Of a stretch of DNA of 64,000 bases, positions 47,257-57,640 are shown in pieces. Position 1 is the first letter of the stretch, and the number at the start of each line of letters is the position of its first letter. Below the pieces are notes generated by a model. The model ran no database searches. It saw only the letters and a list, made by a program, of their open reading frames with translations, and was not told where the DNA came from. Source of the stretch: Ferruginibacter sp. (lineage in GTDB: Bacteria > Bacteroidota > Bacteroidia > Chitinophagales > Chitinophagaceae); NCBI RefSeq assembly GCF_028288465.1, contig NZ_JAQBNR010000046.1, forward strand, positions 93,219-157,218. Reading direction: 5' to 3'. The translations under genes were made by a program, and so were the position numbers.

Positions 47257-47474
47257 CGTGCATTATAGGCCACACGTTTACCTGTAAAGCAATGGACTCC
47301 TCTCCACAATAACTTTTTTTATTGCCTGTTTAGCGAAACCCTGGCGAATTGACCGGTACCAATAAACGCCTTCAAAGTTTGCTGTAACCGAAAACTGTTA
47401 ACAAATGTTCATTTTTGGTAAGATAATTGTAAAAGAAAGCAGTGTATACCATTCACCTCCCCAAAATTATTAAA

Positions 47475-48836
47475 ATGAAAAGTAAAGTATGTTTGCTATT
47501 GCTCACTGTGGTTGCCTTTGCGGCGTGTAAAAAAAACTCGGATATTATGGCTCCGGTCGTGACTAAAATTGATACCCTTTCTAACAGCATTACAACCGAC
47601 ATGACACTGGATGCAAATACCAGTTATGTGATCAACGGACAGTTATATGTTACCAATAACGCTACGCTTACCATACCTGCCGGCGTTACGGTATCCTTTG
47701 TTAAGATGGATGAAAAAGAAAAAAAGGGCGTGCTGGTAATTACCCAGGGTGCTAAATTGATTGCCAACGGCACTGCTGATAAACCGATTGTTTTTACATC
47801 TGCAGCTGGGACAAAAGCCCCGGGCGATTGGGGAGCTGTTATTTTATTGGGTAAAGCGCCAACCAATACCGTTACAGGCAATGTGGAAGGACTGCCCCTA
47901 TCTGACAATACCCGTTACGGCGGTACAACAGCAGATGACAATTCAGGTTCACTTAAATATGTACGTCTTGAATATTGCGGGGGCATCAACCCCGATGAAG
48001 AAGGAGAATGGCAGGTGGATAAAGCCAGCGGACTTTGCATGGCGAGTGTTGGTAGTGGTACCACTGTAGATAATGTGATGACCGTGCATTCCAATGATGA
48101 TGCTTTTCAGTTTGTTGGCGGAACAGTTAACGCCACGCATTTAATTGGCTTTAACAATGGAGATGATGATTTTGATTTTGATCTTGGTTACCAGGGAAAA
48201 TTACAATTCCTGATCTCTTACCGCAGCGGGCTTTCCTCTTCCCATTCGCAAAGAGCAAATGGCTTTGAAAGTTATAATGATGAATTTCCCACCACCAATG
48301 CGCCCCTCACACGCCCGGTGGTAGCTAACATGACCATTATTGGCCCTGCGGGTACCGAGACTGCAAAAACATCATTAAACCAGGGTGTGTATATTCGCAA
48401 GGGCACACGCTTCGTGGTAGAAAATTCTATCATAGCTGAATATCCGCAGGGTGGACTGATGGTTTGCAACAGAACAAGACCTGTGCTGTTAACAGGTATA
48501 GAATCATTTTTTAAATATAACCTCGTGAACAGCGACAGCGCCAGCCGCACTTTTAGCTGGGATAAGGATTTTGCTGTAGTGGGCGATCCCGAACTCCAGC
48601 AGTTTGCTTTAAACAGTGTTAATAACAATGTTTTAATTACCAACTCGGCCGATCTTAAATTAAAAACTATGTATGGGGGAGTACCGGATTTAACTCCGGA
48701 CGCCGGGTCACCCGCGTTAACGGGAGCTAATTTTAACGATGCAGATTTTAGCAGCTTTTTTACCAAGGTAGCTTACCGCGGTGCTATTGGGGCTGATAAC
48801 TGGGCAGCTGCAAATAATTGGGCTGTGTGGAAATAA
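47475..48836 (+). CDS. Bacteroidota surface lipoprotein with probable right-handed beta-helix fold
   Basis: Lipobox FAAC-KK; LTIPAGV, LVITQGAKLIANGTADKPIVFTS, PGDWGAVILLG, DDNSGSLKYVRLEY, DDDFDFD; start ATG 47475. Confidence 0.7.
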   Translation: MKSKVCLLLLTVVAFAACKKNSDIMAPVVTKIDTLSNSITTDMTLDANTSYVINGQLYVTNNATLTIPAGVTVSFVKMDEKEKKGVLVITQGAKLIANGTADKPIVFTSAAGTKAPGDWGAVILLGKAPTNTVTGNVEGLPLSDNTRYGGTTADDNSGSLKYVRLEYCGGINPDEEGEWQVDKASGLCMASVGSGTTVDNVMTVHSNDDAFQFVGGTVNATHLIGFNNGDDDFDFDLGYQGKLQFLISYRSGLSSSHSQRANGFESYNDEFPTTNAPLTRPVVANMTIIGPAGTETAKTSLNQGVYIRKGTRFVVENSIIAEYPQGGLMVCNRTRPVLLTGIESFFKYNLVNSDSASRTFSWDKDFAVVGDPELQQFALNSVNNNVLITNSADLKLKTMYGGVPDLTPDAGSPALTGANFNDADFSSFFTKVAYRGAIGADNWAAANNWAVWK

Positions 48837-48865
48837 CTGTAAAATAATTTAATAATTATTTACGG

Positions 48866-48933
48866 GCGGGGATGTAAAAGATGTTGGGTAGCTGCAGGTT
48901 TAAACGCAATACTGAACATTTTTAGCACCCCGC
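48866..48933. terminator. Imperfect long hairpin between convergent genes
   Basis: GCGGGGATGTAAAAGATGTT ... AACATTTTTAGCACCCCGC followed by TTTT. Confidence 0.5.
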
Positions 48934-48972
48934 TTTTAGTTTTTCATATGCTTAGATTTAGGGAACAGGATG

Positions 48973-49980
48973 TCATTTCACCTTATCTCTTTTTAATTTT
49001 AATTCCCGCCAGGTAGTTAGAATGATACCTTCGTCCTGCAATGCTTTTTTAAATACCGGGTCCATCATTGCAAGCATGTCTCCACGCCTTACCGCACCAC
49101 TGCCTGAGATATGCGGAAACATGTCTGTGGTTGCCGTGGAGTGCATGATCATCATGGTTACGCCGGGTTGTAACGATTTAATAGCTTCGATATATTTGGC
49201 AGTTTTAAATGCCTGTAATTTTTTGTCGTCGCCTGAAATAGCTTCGGGGATTTTCCAATCATAACTCACATTGTGGAGATCATCCAATACTGGCAGGCCT
49301 GCAGCCCAGGTCATCTTACCCAATGCCCGCAATTGCTCTATTTGTTCAGCTGGTGCATTCATTTCTGCCTGTATTAAAACATCAGCACCACCAGGCAACA
49401 TTACCGGGATATGATTTTCGATTCCCAGCCCAATATATCGTTTTAAAAATTCAGGCGAAGCAAACAAGGTACCCATATGCGAATCCAGGTGGGTTGGTTC
49501 AAAACCCATTATCCTGGCCCTTTCCAGCTGGGCCCTTATTTCCTTATCCACTTCATCGGCTGAAGCATGCGCTACCACGTCTGCTACGTTGCTCCACATG
49601 GCACCTTCTGTATCTACCAGGCCCGGCACATTTGTTTTGCCGGCCAATGGTCCCCAGCGGTAGTCGCCCCATTCCGAGGTAAGGGTTAAATGAAGGCCGG
49701 CATCCATACCGGGATGGGCTTTCATGTAATGAACAAAACCGGGCACCCACGGGCAGGGCATCATTACGCTTACAGATGTGGCCACACCTTTTGTGATAGA
49801 GTTAATAGCGCCTTCATTGGAGTCGTAGCTCATTCCGGCATCATCCACATGCAGAATCAGAACTCTTGCACCTTTTGGATAGCCGAGTTTTTCGGCATAC
49901 GTGCTATCAATTTTTTGAGCGGCTGCAAACTGCCACATGCTGGCAGCAAAAAACAGGGCGATAGTGTTATTAAAAGTCAT
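48973..49980 (-). CDS. YdjC/ChbG family carbohydrate deacetylase, secreted
   Basis: ILHVDDAG, GLHLTLTSEW, PTHLDSHMG. Confidence 0.88.
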   Translation of the reverse strand: MTFNNTIALFFAASMWQFAAAQKIDSTYAEKLGYPKGARVLILHVDDAGMSYDSNEGAINSITKGVATSVSVMMPCPWVPGFVHYMKAHPGMDAGLHLTLTSEWGDYRWGPLAGKTNVPGLVDTEGAMWSNVADVVAHASADEVDKEIRAQLERARIMGFEPTHLDSHMGTLFASPEFLKRYIGLGIENHIPVMLPGGADVLIQAEMNAPAEQIEQLRALGKMTWAAGLPVLDDLHNVSYDWKIPEAISGDDKKLQAFKTAKYIEAIKSLQPGVTMMIMHSTATTDMFPHISGSGAVRRGDMLAMMDPVFKKALQDEGIILTTWRELKLKRDKVK

Positions 49981-50348
49981 AAGATAAATGTAAGACTAAA
50001 AATTACTTAAAAGCGGTCAGGATAAAAAAGAGTTTCCGCAGCTAGTCAACGAATTATCCTCCTGATTTTGTAGTTTGCCGGATGGCTTTTTTAAAGATGT
50101 AGCAACGCTTAATTTGGTAAAAGCACTTTCTGCTAACCAGGATTGTATTGAAGGCTATTGTATAAGCGGTTACCTGTTGCAGTAAACTTTACCTACTTTT
50201 AAACAAATAAATACATCGGATGGCACTTCGTTTTATAACAATGATAACAGGTGAACCCTGCCTGGCGGATGTACATAGCTGTTAAACAACACCTGCCTGT
50301 ATATTGACCTGAATGTCCAATTTTTTACACAACTATAACCATTATATC

Positions 50349-52037
50349 ATGCGATTCAACCTCATCAAATCAATAACGTTATTGCTATTTTCTTTTTCAG
50401 CAACGGCAACAATTGCTGCCCAGTCTATACCCGACTCTGTCGTAAAAAAAATTGACAGCCTGTTTACAAAATGGAACATGACCGGCAGCCCCGGATGTAC
50501 CATTGGCATTGTACGCAATGATTCGCTGATCTATGCCAAAGGCTACGGCCAGGCTAATCTTGAATATGGCATTGCCAACACACCGGAAACCATTTTTCAC
50601 ATGGCTTCCATCTCCAAACAATTTACTGCCACCGCCATTCTTTTACTGGCAAAGCAGGGCAAGCTTTCACTGGAAGATGATGTGCGAAAATACCTTCCCT
50701 GGTTTCCGGATATGAAAAAAAGGATCACCATCCGCAACCTGTTAAATCATACCAGTGGCATTCGGGATCAATGGCAACTGCTCGCCATTTCTGGCACCCG
50801 GCTGGATGATGTAATTACACAGGAACACATCGTTAAAATTCTTGGTAAACAACAAGCGCTGAACTTTAATCCGGGAGATCAATACAGTTATTCAAACAGC
50901 GGGTTTACTATGCTGGCTGAAATCGTGAAGTCGGTAAGCGGTCAGTCGCTCCGCAGGTTTACTGACTCTGCCATTTTTAAACCGTTGCAGATGAACAGCA
51001 CGCATTTTCATGATGATTATACAGAGATTGAAAAAAACCGCTCCTATTCATATGAGCGTAAGGACAGCGCTCATTTTACCAACAGCATTTTAACTTATTC
51101 CAATGCGGGGGCTACCAGTTTGTTTACCAATATTACTGACATGAGCAAGTGGGTTATGCATTTTGATGACGCTTCATCCGCCAACCAGGATTTAATCAGG
51201 CTCCTGACACAAAAGGGTAAACTGAACAACGGAAAAGAAATATCCTATGCCTGTGGAATTGTGGCTGATACTTATAAAGGCTGGAAACAATACTCGCATG
51301 GAGGCGCCGATGCAGGATACCGGACCTACCTGTCTGTTTTGCCCGATCTTAAAATGGGTTTTATTGTGTTTAGCAATTTAGGTGATTTTGATGCCGGCGG
51401 AAAAGCTTATGCTATCGCCGATCTTTTTGTAAAAGATACGACGCAGAAAAAAGAGGTTGAAAAAAAGATGCCACGGGACAGTGCGGCATCCATCTTAAAA
51501 GACGAGCCAAAATGGAAAAAATTTGCCGGCTTTTATATTGGCGACGATGGGCTCCCTTTTAGTTTTGACATTAAAAACCACCAATTATTTTATCACATTT
51601 TTAATGAAAGTAATTTTTTGATCAATGACCGGAAGGACTCTTTTTCCATTCCTTCGGCTCCGGAAATAAAATTTGTATTTTCTATAAAAGCAACAGATAC
51701 CATTTGCGATATTACTACCACCGACCAGGCTTATCACCTGAAAAAATACGTAAAAGACACAGTACAAACGGACGCCGTTTTACGACCTTATACCGGCAGT
51801 TATTTTTGTGCTGAACTGGATTGCAAATATGGAATCATTTTAAAAGATCATCGCCTTGTTTTGACGAATGCCAAATACAACGATGCCATGCTTACATTGG
51901 TAAACAGGGATCATTTGACGAACGATAACTGGTGGATCAATCATTTGAAAATAATAAGAAACACCGGTGGTATCATAACCGGGTTTGAGGTCAACTCTGG
52001 CAGAATTATGCATTTAAAATTTGCAAAAATTGAATAG
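50349..52037 (+). CDS. Serine hydrolase (class C beta-lactamase-like) with C-terminal extension
   Basis: SISK (SxxK), YSN, HGGADAGY; start ATG 50349. Confidence 0.9.
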   Translation: MRFNLIKSITLLLFSFSATATIAAQSIPDSVVKKIDSLFTKWNMTGSPGCTIGIVRNDSLIYAKGYGQANLEYGIANTPETIFHMASISKQFTATAILLLAKQGKLSLEDDVRKYLPWFPDMKKRITIRNLLNHTSGIRDQWQLLAISGTRLDDVITQEHIVKILGKQQALNFNPGDQYSYSNSGFTMLAEIVKSVSGQSLRRFTDSAIFKPLQMNSTHFHDDYTEIEKNRSYSYERKDSAHFTNSILTYSNAGATSLFTNITDMSKWVMHFDDASSANQDLIRLLTQKGKLNNGKEISYACGIVADTYKGWKQYSHGGADAGYRTYLSVLPDLKMGFIVFSNLGDFDAGGKAYAIADLFVKDTTQKKEVEKKMPRDSAASILKDEPKWKKFAGFYIGDDGLPFSFDIKNHQLFYHIFNESNFLINDRKDSFSIPSAPEIKFVFSIKATDTICDITTTDQAYHLKKYVKDTVQTDAVLRPYTGSYFCAELDCKYGIILKDHRLVLTNAKYNDAMLTLVNRDHLTNDNWWINHLKIIRNTGGIITGFEVNSGRIMHLKFAKIE

Positions 52038-52177
52038 CTGAATACTGTGTAAGTTGAATTGTGTATTTTTTTACACAAAGATTTAGTAAGTACAAACGAT
52101 CAACATAAGAAACGCTGCAATCGCAACCTCATTTTTTACTGGCATGATTTATTCATGCTTAAATAAAATTTTAGCAA

Positions 52178-52378
52178 ATGAATAATTTCTTTAGGACATT
52201 GATAGCCGGTTACGGCGCAAAAAAATTAGGCGGTGGCTGCTTCAGCACTATTTTAATTTTTATTGTTATTTACTGGGCGCTGGGCACCTGCAACCGCAGG
52301 GCAACCCCGGCGAGGGCTTCAACAGGCAGCCATGCGCCGGCACCCGAGGCGAAGCACATTGCTTATGCACGGTACTGA
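52178..52378 (+). CDS. Small membrane protein
   Basis: MNNFFRTLIAGYGAKKLGGGCFSTILIFIVIYW; one hydrophobic helix; AT-rich leader. Confidence 0.65.
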   Translation: MNNFFRTLIAGYGAKKLGGGCFSTILIFIVIYWALGTCNRRATPARASTGSHAPAPEAKHIAYARY

Positions 52379-52526
52379 TATCTTCCAACGGCTTTGTCCG
52401 GGAAAATAAAAGTAGACCAAAGTACCTCACGAAGCAGCATTGCGGAGTTTAGTTGTGTGCTACTATATCCCGGTTGACCCGACAGACATTAAGGATAACA
52501 CATCAACGGTTATCCGGGCATAATAG

Positions 52527-52557
52527 AAAACAGGCTGATTGTACAGCCTGTTTTTTT
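52527..52557. terminator. Bidirectional rho-independent terminator
   Basis: AAAACAGGCTG-attgta-CAGCCTGTTTTTTT between convergent genes. Confidence 0.8.
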
Positions 52558-52611
52558 ATGTGCAGATTTATTTAGTGAACCTGATTATATACTGATTACA
52601 ACGGTTAGCCT

Positions 52612-53637
52612 TTACGCACCCAGGGCATTTTTTGCAAACAACAAACAATTTTTTGTTTCCTTTACTGCATCAGAGCCTGCTGGTATTTCATATTCCAGTT
52701 CGATTGTAGCGGGAATGTCATACTTTTTTGCTTTCAGTAAATTCAGAATTTCTTTCAGCGGCGTATCGCCCTGGCCCCATGGCTTGTTGTTACCACCGTT
52801 TATTTTTGTTTGCCTGTCTTTAATGTGCATCGTTGTAATGCGATCATGTTTTGCCTCAATCAATGCCAGTAAAGTTTCCTTTGTGTTGTTGCCGCCGGCT
52901 GCAATATAATGGCCGCAATCCAGGTTCATGGAATTATAGGGAGACTGGCTTAACGCAGTGTCCCATGCCGTATCCGTAGCTTGTGTATGCGCATGATAGC
53001 CGATATACACTTTGTGTTTTTCTCCCAGTTCGCCCAGGCGTTTTGACTGTGCCGGATCCGTTGGTAATTCAACCGTTACAGATGTGGCACCCAATGTTTT
53101 GGCGGCCTTCAACGCATATTCAATTTCAGCATCTGTATTGTTTGCGCCGAGTGCATTGGGTTTAAACGCATAAATTGATACACCGGCTTTATTGTACATT
53201 TTCCTGATTTCTGCAAATTTATCCATCGAAACAGCCGCCCTCCAGTCTGCCACTTGTTTTGCATAGGCAGACATCTGAGCTTTCTGTTCATCTGTCAATT
53301 TGGGTGGTTGTCCTGCAACCCGGGGTGGCGTTTGCACCTGGTTAACCGGTTTGCCTGCATACTCTTCCACCGCATCGCCCATCAGCTCAATAGCGCTGAT
53401 TCCACTGCTTGTAATGTATTGTAAAATTTGTTCTGCAGAGCCGGGCATACTGCGGAAGGAGTAAGTGATGACACCGATCTGAACACCAAAAAATTTTGAG
53501 CCTGGATCATTTGAAACCAGGTAAGGCCTGGAAAAAACAGCAGGGCCGCCGAGCAGGAGTCCTATGGATGCAATTGAACCTTTGAGAAGAAACTGGCGCC
53601 GTGATTGATTGCGGGCCTGGTTATTGTTTAACAGCAT
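52612..53637 (-). CDS. Tat-exported sugar phosphate isomerase/epimerase (AP-endonuclease-2 TIM barrel)
   Basis: SRRQFL; GVQIGVITYSFR, IELM, YHAH, NLDCGH, HIKD, IELEY. Confidence 0.88.
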   Translation of the reverse strand: MLLNNNQARNQSRRQFLLKGSIASIGLLLGGPAVFSRPYLVSNDPGSKFFGVQIGVITYSFRSMPGSAEQILQYITSSGISAIELMGDAVEEYAGKPVNQVQTPPRVAGQPPKLTDEQKAQMSAYAKQVADWRAAVSMDKFAEIRKMYNKAGVSIYAFKPNALGANNTDAEIEYALKAAKTLGATSVTVELPTDPAQSKRLGELGEKHKVYIGYHAHTQATDTAWDTALSQSPYNSMNLDCGHYIAAGGNNTKETLLALIEAKHDRITTMHIKDRQTKINGGNNKPWGQGDTPLKEILNLLKAKKYDIPATIELEYEIPAGSDAVKETKNCLLFAKNALGA

Positions 53638-53834
53638 ATGGCAATATTTTAAAGATGAATGTAGTAATTAAATGTACGCTTGCAAAACTACAATGAACAC
53701 CGCTCCATGCTATAATTTTGGCATTAACTTAACTGGTTGATTGCCTTATAAAATGAGGGGCATATGGATTTTATTTACTAAATTTAAATATCAGTTTGCA
53801 TTTGAAACGGTTTTACACCTCAAAAAATTACACT

Positions 53835-54059
53835 ATGATACAGTTACAAAAATTTATTTATCACCCTGGCGGCACAGACGAAAGTGGCAGTGTTGCACCA
53901 GGGAGTAATGACAACCAAAAAGCAACCGATGCACAACATCCTGAAAAAAAAGAGGAAGGCAAGGAGCACAAAACGGTGATACAAAAAATTAAGGATGCCC
54001 TGCAGGATTGGTCAGACAAGGATGAACAGGACCAGGAGTTTGATGATACAAGAGTATAA
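53835..54059 (+). CDS. Small acidic hypothetical protein
   Basis: ATG 53835; IQKIKDALQDWSDKDEQDQEFDDTRV; followed by a terminator. Confidence 0.6.
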   Translation: MIQLQKFIYHPGGTDESGSVAPGSNDNQKATDAQHPEKKEEGKEHKTVIQKIKDALQDWSDKDEQDQEFDDTRV

Positions 54060-54164
54060 AGCAACAGCTTTGTATATGGCAGGTTTAAGTATTTACCTCC
54101 GCCCAGTCTGGTGTTAATGGCTTTTCAGTAAGGCTCCATCCGACTTGAAAATAAGTAAAAAGTA

Positions 54165-54194
54165 AAACCCCGTACTTCATTTGGTACGGGGTTT
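54165..54194. terminator. Bidirectional rho-independent terminator
   Basis: AAACCCCGTAC-ttcatttg-GTACGGGGTTT between convergent small genes. Confidence 0.8.
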
Positions 54195-54198
54195 ATTT

Positions 54199-54441
54199 TT
54201 AATTTTCTTTTTTAATTAACGGCTGCGAATGTTCGGTTTTAAGTTTGGTAGTTTTTTTATTACCATTGGCATATTCCCGTTTTACTTTCACACCGTGCGC
54301 CCTTTTATGTTTTGGATGCAACACATTGTGAACTTTATCCCCGGCTGTAGTAACGGGCTCTACTTTGGTTGTTGTTTGGGCGTAAGAAGCGGTAATGCCT
54401 GACACAAGCATCACAGCAAGAGATACAAATAGCTTTTTCAT
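54199..54441 (-). CDS. Small secreted basic hypothetical protein
   Basis: Signal peptide MKKLFVSLAVMLVSGITASYAQ; Lys-rich mature part. Confidence 0.7.
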   Translation of the reverse strand: MKKLFVSLAVMLVSGITASYAQTTTKVEPVTTAGDKVHNVLHPKHKRAHGVKVKREYANGNKKTTKLKTEHSQPLIKKEN

Positions 54442-54680
54442 TTTTATATAATTTTTGTAAAAGCATAGTGATAATTTAATGCCAATTTTTAATTTTTGGT
54501 TACCGGTTTACCGGTGCTTTATGAAGCGGATGAGTTACGGTATGCACAGTTACAGCAGACGAATTTTATAGTTATCAATATTTTTCCCGTTGCGAGGAAA
54601 TAATGGTACAAATTCAGTATTTCATGACAGATAAGAGCTGCTTACAGGCTAATTCTTTTGGGCTTTCATTGCAATCCAGA

Positions 54681-54850
54681 CAGTTTTTTAAGGGCCAGGT
54701 CGCCACTGCCGCCGGTTGCGGCTTCGTAACTGCAACAATACTGGTTTCGCATCCTTCAAAATCCCGATAGCTATCGGGAATGCTGTGCATTTTTGAATGA
54801 AAATTTAGAGCCCTTCGCAGCGATTTTTTTCTTTCTTTGTTTAGGAAAAG
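54681..54850. repeat. Dispersed multi-hairpin element, copy 3 (internally deleted, with nested 18-bp palindrome)
   Basis: CTGCCGCCGG...CGTAACTGCAAC...TTCAAAAT[CCCGATAGCTATCGGGA]ATGCTGTGCATTTTTGAATG matches 10365-10443; TTCGCAGC..GATTTTTTT resembles the right end of copy 1. Confidence 0.75.
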
Positions 54851-54886
54851 CAGGAATGGCAATAATCGCATTATCGCGAACAAAAA

Positions 54887-56776
54887 TCATCGTAAACGCT
54901 TCCCAAACAAATCTACCCTGCAATCAATAAAGCCTTTGGCATAATACATCAGCAGCACAGCCAATTCCCTGCGGGTGATAAATCTTTGTTCATTATAATT
55001 GGTAAGATGAAGCTGATCCTTCCAGATAACTTCATTTATTTTTTTATGATTAGCCAAATAAAAGATTGAGCCGGGATATGCCGCATGTTGACCGATCATT
55101 TTTTTTGCCTGTTGAATCGTTAGCCAATCGTTGCTTAAACGCTGATTATCTTTTACGCTTTTACCTGAAGCACCATTTAAATTATTTTCAAGTTCGGCAT
55201 TTGTGATGGTACTGTCCGGGTAAAAAAAAGTTTTATTCTCCCAGTCTATACTTTTCCCCACGCCACGAATTAACCCCAATGCACCAGCCTGTTGTATTGG
55301 ATTCCAGGAAGCTTCGTTGGGATCAACATCACAAAACGGCAACAGGTAACATTTCATTTTCAGCAGCTCATTCTGCACAGCTCTTACGTCGATTTTTCCA
55401 GGTTGGATTTTCTTTGCAATACATTGTGCCGCCAGTACGCCAGCCGCCTGGCCCGTTAATAAAACAACCGGCTGTAAACGCGTAGTGCCGTTGGCAATAT
55501 TGCTTACCGAAATTCCTTTTTCACATATAACTAATCCTTCTATTTTTGAGGGTATTAAAGCCCCCAGTGGAATAGTAAAGGAAGGCACTTTTGGAAATTG
55601 GATAGCTGGTACTTTGCCCGGATATTGCCCGTGGTGATGGTCAACCGGGTAATCTCCTACAGCGATACCCGTCTTATATAAGTCGTACTGGTAAGGCTTC
55701 TTAATGTGATTGATGTTCAGTCTTACCAGGCCCTTTACTCTCCTGCCTTCCCTGTTATACAGCATCCATGCCATGCCATTGTTAACTTCATCATCTGCAA
55801 GGCCGATATTTTTGAACCCTAACTGGTGTTGCAAAAAATAAATAAATCCAAGTGTCTGATTTGAAGCAGTTAAATAAGCAATTTCCCTTTCAACAGGTTT
55901 TCGCTCCACCACATTTAAATACGCATCATTTCCATGAACGGGCCAGTTTAGCATGAATTTGGAATGTAGAGTATCCGTTACCGTTAGTTTCCCATAGTTT
56001 AATACCTTACGGGTATCCAGTTGATAGGGTTTATCAGTACAGGGCGCATCACTGGTGCTGCAATAATATTTTGATGCGTCATAACCAGCGGGTTGTTTAA
56101 TTGTTTTATCTGCGTCTTTACCGTAATCCTTTAAGATAGCCGACCATGTTAAATCCTGGATGATGTCATTTTTTTCAATGGCTTCCTCTTCACCGCTATA
56201 AGTGGGATCTTCCATTCCCAAATCATACCCGGCCCCTGCCGATGCAAAAACATCCCCCAGGTCTGTTCCATCTACAACTATGGTTGCATGAACTACCAGC
56301 CGCTCCCCTTTTTTATTAATAAATTCGGCGCCCGTTACCTTATTTGCTTTCATCAATGCCTTATCAAAATACCAGTTGTACACAACAGTCAGCTTTTTTT
56401 CTGCCGCTGCCCAGGCTTTAAAAATACTATCAGCCACATGCGGCTCAAAACAAGTGTTGCTTACCCAGCCACTGGCCAAGTTTGTTGTTCCGTAATGTTT
56501 ATACAATGCCTCCCGCAACTGTTGCCACATGCCGCTTTTAAGCCCATCGTTACCATCGGTACAACTGACAGCGGCGGCGGTTAACATACCTCCGAGCATG
56601 GTTGTTTGCTCTACAATCAGCGTTGTTGCACCGCTGCGTGCGCTCTGTATGCCTGCCGCCGTTCCGCCGGTGCTTCCGCCAACAACCAGCACCTGTGTAT
56701 TCATAACAGTTACCTGTGCACACAGCTGAAGTACAAAAAATAAAAATAAAGTGCAAAAAATAAGACTTCGTTTCAT
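54887..56776 (-). CDS. Secreted FAD-dependent oxidoreductase
   Basis: VLVVGGSTGGTAAGIQSARSG..LIVEQ..LGGML, YNREGRR, GDYPVDHH, TRLQPV..GQAAG; start ATG 56776. Confidence 0.88.
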   Translation of the reverse strand: MKRSLIFCTLFLFFVLQLCAQVTVMNTQVLVVGGSTGGTAAGIQSARSGATTLIVEQTTMLGGMLTAAAVSCTDGNDGLKSGMWQQLREALYKHYGTTNLASGWVSNTCFEPHVADSIFKAWAAAEKKLTVVYNWYFDKALMKANKVTGAEFINKKGERLVVHATIVVDGTDLGDVFASAGAGYDLGMEDPTYSGEEEAIEKNDIIQDLTWSAILKDYGKDADKTIKQPAGYDASKYYCSTSDAPCTDKPYQLDTRKVLNYGKLTVTDTLHSKFMLNWPVHGNDAYLNVVERKPVEREIAYLTASNQTLGFIYFLQHQLGFKNIGLADDEVNNGMAWMLYNREGRRVKGLVRLNINHIKKPYQYDLYKTGIAVGDYPVDHHHGQYPGKVPAIQFPKVPSFTIPLGALIPSKIEGLVICEKGISVSNIANGTTRLQPVVLLTGQAAGVLAAQCIAKKIQPGKIDVRAVQNELLKMKCYLLPFCDVDPNEASWNPIQQAGALGLIRGVGKSIDWENKTFFYPDSTITNAELENNLNGASGKSVKDNQRLSNDWLTIQQAKKMIGQHAAYPGSIFYLANHKKINEVIWKDQLHLTNYNEQRFITRRELAVLLMYYAKGFIDCRVDLFGKRLR

Positions 56777-56836
56777 CCTGCAAATATAGAATGGAGAAAC
56801 AGTTGCCACCGAAAATAAAATAAGCTGGTGCCGCTA

Positions 56837-57640
56837 TTAAAAGGGAGGATAACGAGTCCGCTGATATTCGAAACCAATGGCCGAATCGCCGGAATTGTTG
56901 ATATTTTTATCAAACCGGAAATAGATATCAAAACCGTGTTTCACTTTATTAAAATAGATCCGGTTGCCGTACAATTTGTGCAGCATATAATCCGTGCAGG
57001 TATCCTTCTTATTACCCGGCTTTTCAAAAATAATTGTGAAGCTGTTTTGATGAATAAATCCCAGTGGTTCTTCCAGTGCTTTATTTATTAAGATCACGTT
57101 CTCCACCATTTCTTTTCGTTGTATGGCAATTTCTCTTACAAATATTTTAGGAGGATATACCCCATTTATAAAAGGCCTGATATCCCAGGTTACCAGTTTT
57201 ATTTTATCTCCTGAAACAAACGAAATGCTTTCACCATCATCATCAATCTTGCCAAAATGAAACGTGCTGAAATCGTATGCGTTTAATAAAGTATCCGCAA
57301 AACGGTTAATGGCATAGTAGCGCTGGTATTTATCCGGTATGGTAGAAATGTAGAGGGCATTTTTATGTTTCCATGAAATCAACAGGTACTCCACTTCAAT
57401 CCTTATTTTATTGTTTGTATCCGATTTTTCAACATTGGCTTTTAACACATTTTCATTCAGATAGTTTTTATCCTTATACACTTCCCGCAGGTACAAATGA
57501 TAGGTTGAATCCAGTTCCTGTACCTGCATACCGGCGGTATTTCCTTTACTGAAAATATTGGTACTAAAATATTTCCCCCTGTTGCACGCATAACTGCAAA
57601 TGATGAGTGTTAACAGGTATATACATGCTTTCTTTTTCAT
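56837..57640 (-). CDS. Hypothetical lipoprotein, partner of the Ntox23-like gene
   Basis: Lipobox SYAC; ATGA overlap with the upstream gene. Confidence 0.65.
   Translation of the reverse strand: MKKKACIYLLTLIICSYACNRGKYFSTNIFSKGNTAGMQVQELDSTYHLYLREVYKDKNYLNENVLKANVEKSDTNNKIRIEVEYLLISWKHKNALYISTIPDKYQRYYAINRFADTLLNAYDFSTFHFGKIDDDGESISFVSGDKIKLVTWDIRPFINGVYPPKIFVREIAIQRKEMVENVILINKALEEPLGFIHQNSFTIIFEKPGNKKDTCTDYMLHKLYGNRIYFNKVKHGFDIYFRFDKNINNSGDSAIGFEYQRTRYPPF

Noticed and set aside
50313-52037. Serine hydrolases (also 58765..60150) as true antibiotic-resistance beta-lactamases
   Set aside because: SxxK/YxN motifs are shared by many esterases and peptidases; the long extra domains argue against a classical AmpC
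54614-54883. 89-aa ORF from the track
   Set aside because: Reads through repeat copy 3 and its palindrome; likely spurious
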